A stretch of DNA of 64,000 nt from Candidatus Altimarinota bacterium (GTDB lineage: Bacteria > Patescibacteriota > Gracilibacteria > 1-14-2-50-48-13): positions 1,056,001 to 1,120,000 of the forward strand of contig JBKBWQ010000001.1 of NCBI GenBank assembly GCA_046314355.1. The letters run 5' to 3'. Below, piece after piece: positions 60,031 to 64,000 of this stretch. Under the pieces are notes generated by a model. The model saw only the letters and a list, made by a program, of their open reading frames with translations. It was not told the DNA's origin and did no database searches. Numbering within the stretch: the stretch's first letter is position 1; each line of letters begins with the position of its first letter. The position numbers were made by a program, and so were the translations under genes.

Positions 60031-60632
60031 GAGAGTGGGAGTGAACGAAGAATGGAAGTGGCGGTATTGATCTCAATTTTTTCTTGCATGGTAGGGAAGC
60101 GGCTATTAGCAAAGGTTACCTGGATATTTTTTTCTGTAAGCACTTTTCCATTACTTTTATTTTTTACAACAATAGTATTTGATAATGGGAGAAAGTAGAT
60201 CTCTACTTTTTCAAGTGGGGCGCCTCCTACAGTAATCTCTTTGATAGTACTGTAGATATTTTTTTCTGAATCCTCTGAAGATAACACATTTCTTCCTATA
60301 GAAAGAGGAGTAAGCGAAGCATAATCTTTAGGATCAGAAGGGTTTGCTGCTGTGAATATACGTGCACCTTCTTTTAAATCCTTAGATAAAGAGAGACCAA
60401 ATACTTTGTAGTTAGAATCAAAGACACGCTCTGGTGCTGTAACTATTTCCTGATATCCTGTCTGAGCTTTAGTCTGCTGTTCGTAGAAAGTCTGAGAAAA
60501 GAATTTTACACTATTACTGAGTTTTGCCCGTTCACTGATGGGGGCGAGCTGAGGTACAACAAAAGCTGCAAGTAATGCAAGTATTGCGATGACTATCAGC
60601 AGCTCAATAAGTGTAAACCCTTTTTTCATCAT
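60027..60632 (-). CDS. Type IV prepilin-like protein (FimT/GspH-like)
   Basis: KKGFTLIELLIVIAI...VP. Confidence 0.88.
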   Translation of the reverse strand: MMKKGFTLIELLIVIAILALLAAFVVPQLAPISERAKLSNSVKFFSQTFYEQQTKAQTGYQEIVTAPERVFDSNYKVFGLSLSKDLKEGARIFTAANPSDPKDYASLTPLSIGRNVLSSEDSEKNIYSTIKEITVGGAPLEKVEIYFLPLSNTIVVKNKSNGKVLTEKNIQVTFANSRFPTMQEKIEINTATSILRSLPLS

Positions 60633-61738
60633 ACTGTGAAAGTAGCCATGAGATCAAAGATAGAACCGATTACGGTAAAGGCAAAGATTGCAATAAATAC
60701 TGCAACAACAATTAATGCTACCGGTTCTAGGATTGTAGTAATATTTCTAAGTTTGTACTCTAGTTCAAAGTTATATTGTACTGCGAGTTTCTTGAGCATA
60801 TCTTCAAGACTTGCTGAGCTTTCTCCGATACTGAGCAATTCGCTAAAGTCAGTAGGGAATAGTAAAGGTTCCTGAGGGATACTCTTTGATAGAGGCATAC
60901 CGTTTGTAACTTGTGTCTTTACTGCGATAAAAGCTTCCTGGTAAGGAAGTAGAGTCTGAGTCTTAATCAGGAGGTCTAGAGAGCGCATAAGTGGAAGTCC
61001 TGCTTCAAGCATAGTTGAGAGTGTCTGAGAAAGCATTATAAGACTACTCTTTCTTATGATATCTCCATAGATAGGTATCTTGAGATAGAGCATGTGGAGA
61101 TCAAACTTTGCACTTCTCTTTGTAAAGTACTTCTTAGCCAGTATGCCTAAAACACCAAGTGCTATAAGGATGAGCCACCAATAGCTTTGAAAAAATTGAG
61201 TAATATTTTGAATAAATTGTAGTGCAAAGGGAAGTTTTGCTCCCTGTGACTCAAATATCTGAGCGAGAGTCGGTACTACAAATACCATTACAATTATTAT
61301 TACAACGGCAAGAAGACAGAGAATAATGATAGGATAAAGCAGTGCGCTTATAACCTTTGATCTTAATTCGATGAATTTTTCAAGATCCTGTGAGATACGT
61401 GAGAGTGACTGATCGATGGTTCCAGTTTTTTCTCCAGCCTCAACGAGACCGATCTCTGTATCAGTAAATACTTGAGGGAAATTCTTCATACTCCATGAGA
61501 GAGAGTCTCCCTGGGCAATATGATCATGAAGGAATCTAATGATATCCGTTAACTTTTCATTATGTATCTTTTCTTCTGCGATTTCCATCGCTTTGAGGAT
61601 CGGTATACCGGAGAGAAGCAGGGTAGTGAGGATACGGAAAAAATTTGCTTTTTCGCGCAAGCTCACTCTAAGCGGCAGATACAGTATCTCCTGTACCTTT
61701 TGCTGCAATTCCGCAGATTTGTGTGAAATATTCTGCAT
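60629..61738 (-). CDS. pilC: Type IV pilus platform protein (T2SSF family)
   Basis: SGIPI, GEKTG, ALLYP, VVP, AGLP, GESS, ILEP; two T2SSF repeats; likely ATG 61738. Confidence 0.9.
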   Translation of the reverse strand: MQNISHKSAELQQKVQEILYLPLRVSLREKANFFRILTTLLLSGIPILKAMEIAEEKIHNEKLTDIIRFLHDHIAQGDSLSWSMKNFPQVFTDTEIGLVEAGEKTGTIDQSLSRISQDLEKFIELRSKVISALLYPIIILCLLAVVIIIVMVFVVPTLAQIFESQGAKLPFALQFIQNITQFFQSYWWLILIALGVLGILAKKYFTKRSAKFDLHMLYLKIPIYGDIIRKSSLIMLSQTLSTMLEAGLPLMRSLDLLIKTQTLLPYQEAFIAVKTQVTNGMPLSKSIPQEPLLFPTDFSELLSIGESSASLEDMLKKLAVQYNFELEYKLRNITTILEPVALIVVAVFIAIFAFTVIGSIFDLMATFTV

Positions 61739-61739
61739 A

Positions 61740-62273
61740 TTATTGTGCGAAGTAGGAAATAATAACGATGTCTGCCTGAGCAATAGCTTGACCTGTTTGG
61801 AGATTTACATTTTTTACCGCATAGAACTGATCTGCTTTTTCAAACTTTTCTAAAAACGTTTTGATGAGAGCTTTATCTGTAGCTCTGATTGTCATCGCTA
61901 TATCTCTTGTCTTCATACCTCCCTGGCTCATCTGGACTGGTCCAAAGCTTACACTTCCGATATCAACCTTTGCATCCTTTCGAACTGTCTCAAGAAAATC
62001 AATAAATGATTCTTGTCTAAAGGTAGCAGGGATCTTACTGATCATCTTTTGCTGATCTTCTTTCTTTACAGTATTAAATTCACTCAGCTCCTTTTCAAGT
62101 GTAGTGAGCTGTGTAGCCTTATCATTTAATTCCTCATTTGCTGTATTCTTTACATCTGTAGCAGACTGATATTCTCCATAGACAGAAGGAATATAGAAGA
62201 ATGCTAGAATAATAATAAGGATAGCAAGGAGTAAACCTACATTACTTTTTTTATTTTGAGTTGGTGTTTGCAT
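61740..62273 (-). CDS. PilO-like pilus alignment protein
   Basis: TM + coiled coil + alpha/beta domain, located between the PilN-like gene and pilC. Confidence 0.6.
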   Translation of the reverse strand: MQTPTQNKKSNVGLLLAILIIILAFFYIPSVYGEYQSATDVKNTANEELNDKATQLTTLEKELSEFNTVKKEDQQKMISKIPATFRQESFIDFLETVRKDAKVDIGSVSFGPVQMSQGGMKTRDIAMTIRATDKALIKTFLEKFEKADQFYAVKNVNLQTGQAIAQADIVIISYFAQ

Positions 62274-62811
62274 AGTTTGTGTTGAGAGAAAGAGTTATTG
62301 GAAAACTAAAGATGTCCTTACCTTGATCGTTTCTAGTATAAGAAATAGAAGAAAAATCAGGGGAAGAGAACTGCTTATAGCTCTTGAATGAACTAATAAG
62401 AGTTTTTACATCTATAAATGAAGGAGCGCTTTCTGCGGATATGAGAAAACTAACATTCTTAGCAGAAGGATCATCAGATTTTACCTGGGTCTGAATGCTC
62501 TTGAGTGAAGCGCCAGTGCCGAGTGCATCAAAAACTGCCTGAAAGTATCCAGAGTAGTTAATAGCGCTATGTTCAGCAAGGAAAATCTTATTTCTTTTAT
62601 ATTGTGTGAAATCCTTGTTGCTATTTATTGTAGCAATCTTATCGGAAGTTTCAGTAATCTTTTGATTAATATCATCTATACTTCTATGCGTAAAGAATAG
62701 AAGAATATGGATAATAAGGATTCCTAGAGCCACTACGGCAATAAGAATAAGTATTATCGAATTGGTTCTTTTTCTCCGGTTAAGGAGAGAGGTAAGTGAT
62801 GACTCATTCAT
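62251..62811 (-). CDS. PilN-like pilus alignment protein
   Basis: TM + coiled coil + domain ending 'FSFPITL'; operon position. Confidence 0.55.
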   Translation of the reverse strand: MNESSLTSLLNRRKRTNSIILILIAVVALGILIIHILLFFTHRSIDDINQKITETSDKIATINSNKDFTQYKRNKIFLAEHSAINYSGYFQAVFDALGTGASLKSIQTQVKSDDPSAKNVSFLISAESAPSFIDVKTLISSFKSYKQFSSPDFSSISYTRNDQGKDIFSFPITLSLNTNYANTNSK

Positions 62812-63302
62812 AGAATATGTTTATTTTTGTAGAAATCTATATATCTTACAATATATGGTTTGTTTGCGTCAAGTATATTTAATGAAACAAAATGAAATAT
62901 TCTTCGTTTACTTAAGCGAAGGAGAACAAATAAAGGAAAAGTGCAGTGAAATGATTGACACTACGACCCTCCTTCAATAGAATTAACTGCGTACTTTGAA
63001 ATTAGAAAGAACACGAGATACAAGAATAGTACGCGAACGCTTCCATTTAAAAGTCCTCAATTTTCAATAAGATCTTGTTCCTTGAAATAAAGAAAAAATT
63101 CGGTTTAGGATGCAATAATTCCTATGCTAAAGATGTAGTTTGAACTTTCATTAGTTCTTACGAATGTTACATAAGTTGCCTATTTTAGGTAGCTCTTCGT
63201 CAAATAAACGTACGAAGGGTACTTGCGACAGTACGATAAAGTACTTTTTAGTACTGTATTGATCGCCTTATAAAATGTTTTATCTATTATCTTTCACACG
63301 CT

Positions 63303-64000
63303 ATGGTGAATTCTATTGGATTCGCACGACGCGCTGTTGCGGGTGTCGCTACTGCTGCTATTTTAGCCACGCAGTTAGTTACGGCTCCATTCGCAGCTGC
63401 ACAGACTGCAGAGTTCTCTGACGTTCCTTCTGATCATTTCGCACATGACTATATCTACGAGCTTGTAGATATGGGAGTTGTTAGCGGAAATCCAGATGGT
63501 ACTTTCAGACCAAATGCATACCTTAACCGAGCTGAAATGGCAAAAATTGCTACAAAGCTTGCAACTATCTCTGGTGTTATTGCTGATGCAGATGATCTTT
63601 CCAACGCTCCAAGCTTTTCAGATGTTTCATCTGATGTTTGGTTCTACGGATACGTAAGTGCTGCCGCTAAAAACGGCATCTTCGAAGGATATCGTGATGC
63701 AGCTGGAAACCTTACAGGAATGTTCGGACCATCTGACACAGTTCTTCGATCTCAGGCTGCGAAAGTTCTTATGATCGCTGCTGGTGTGCCTACGAAGATG
63801 ACTCCTGCTGCACCTTTCGTGGATGTAAATCCATCTGATTGGTTCTACGGGTATGTTACTTCTGCATACAACTGGTCTATACTTGACGGATACAAGGATG
63901 CTGCCGGAAACCTTACTGGTTACTTCGGACCTGCAGACCCTGTAACTCGAGGACAGATCGCAAAGATTGGAGTTAATTCTCAGAGCCCAATTGACCGATA
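63303..64000 (+). CDS. S-layer homology (SLH) domain protein, truncated by the window edge and absent from the ORF track
   Basis: MVNSIGFARRAVAG signal peptide, then three SLH repeats (FSDVPSDHFA...GTFRPNAYLNRAE; FSDVSSDVWFY...FGPSDTVLRSQ; FVDVNPSDWFY...FGPADPVTRGQ). Confidence 0.92.
   Translation, partial: MVNSIGFARRAVAGVATAAILATQLVTAPFAAAQTAEFSDVPSDHFAHDYIYELVDMGVVSGNPDGTFRPNAYLNRAEMAKIATKLATISGVIADADDLSNAPSFSDVSSDVWFYGYVSAAAKNGIFEGYRDAAGNLTGMFGPSDTVLRSQAAKVLMIAAGVPTKMTPAAPFVDVNPSDWFYGYVTSAYNWSILDGYKDAAGNLTGYFGPADPVTRGQIAKIGVNSQSPIDR

Noticed and set aside
63620-63950. DNA-level repeat within the final gene
   Set aside because: Explained by tandem SLH domains.

Overview
A 64-kb chromosomal window from an AT-rich bacterium using the standard genetic code (TGA acts as a stop, e.g. 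prmC). The gene content suggests Patescibacteria/CPR, plausibly Peregrinibacteria-like, but this is inference. The supporting features are an SLH S-layer protein, a type IV pilus cluster, a stand-alone VirD4/TraD-like ATPase and few Shine-Dalgarno sites. The backbone is housekeeping: topA, mfd, dnaN, uppS, dnaJ, HU, tilS, gyrA, prmC, secF, gyrB, mnmA, tRNA-Lys and tRNA-Leu. The main accessory feature is an ~8.6-kb integrative element (5023-13642) bounded by an 11-bp direct repeat. It splits the host tRNA-Thr(GGT) at the anticodon without restoring it and instead carries its own complete, divergent tRNA-Thr(GGT). The element encodes two convergent tyrosine recombinases, a structured RNA leader and a Lamassu/ABC-three-component-type defence operon. 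The LmuA-like protein in that operon has no visible enzymatic effector. It begins instead with a Q/N/S/G-rich motif that aligns without gaps to the C-terminal tail of a translationally coupled 63-aa membrane protein. This is a candidate amyloid-signalling-coupled Lamassu system and the best candidate for an undescribed system in the window. All protein calls come from motifs recognised by eye; no database searches were run.
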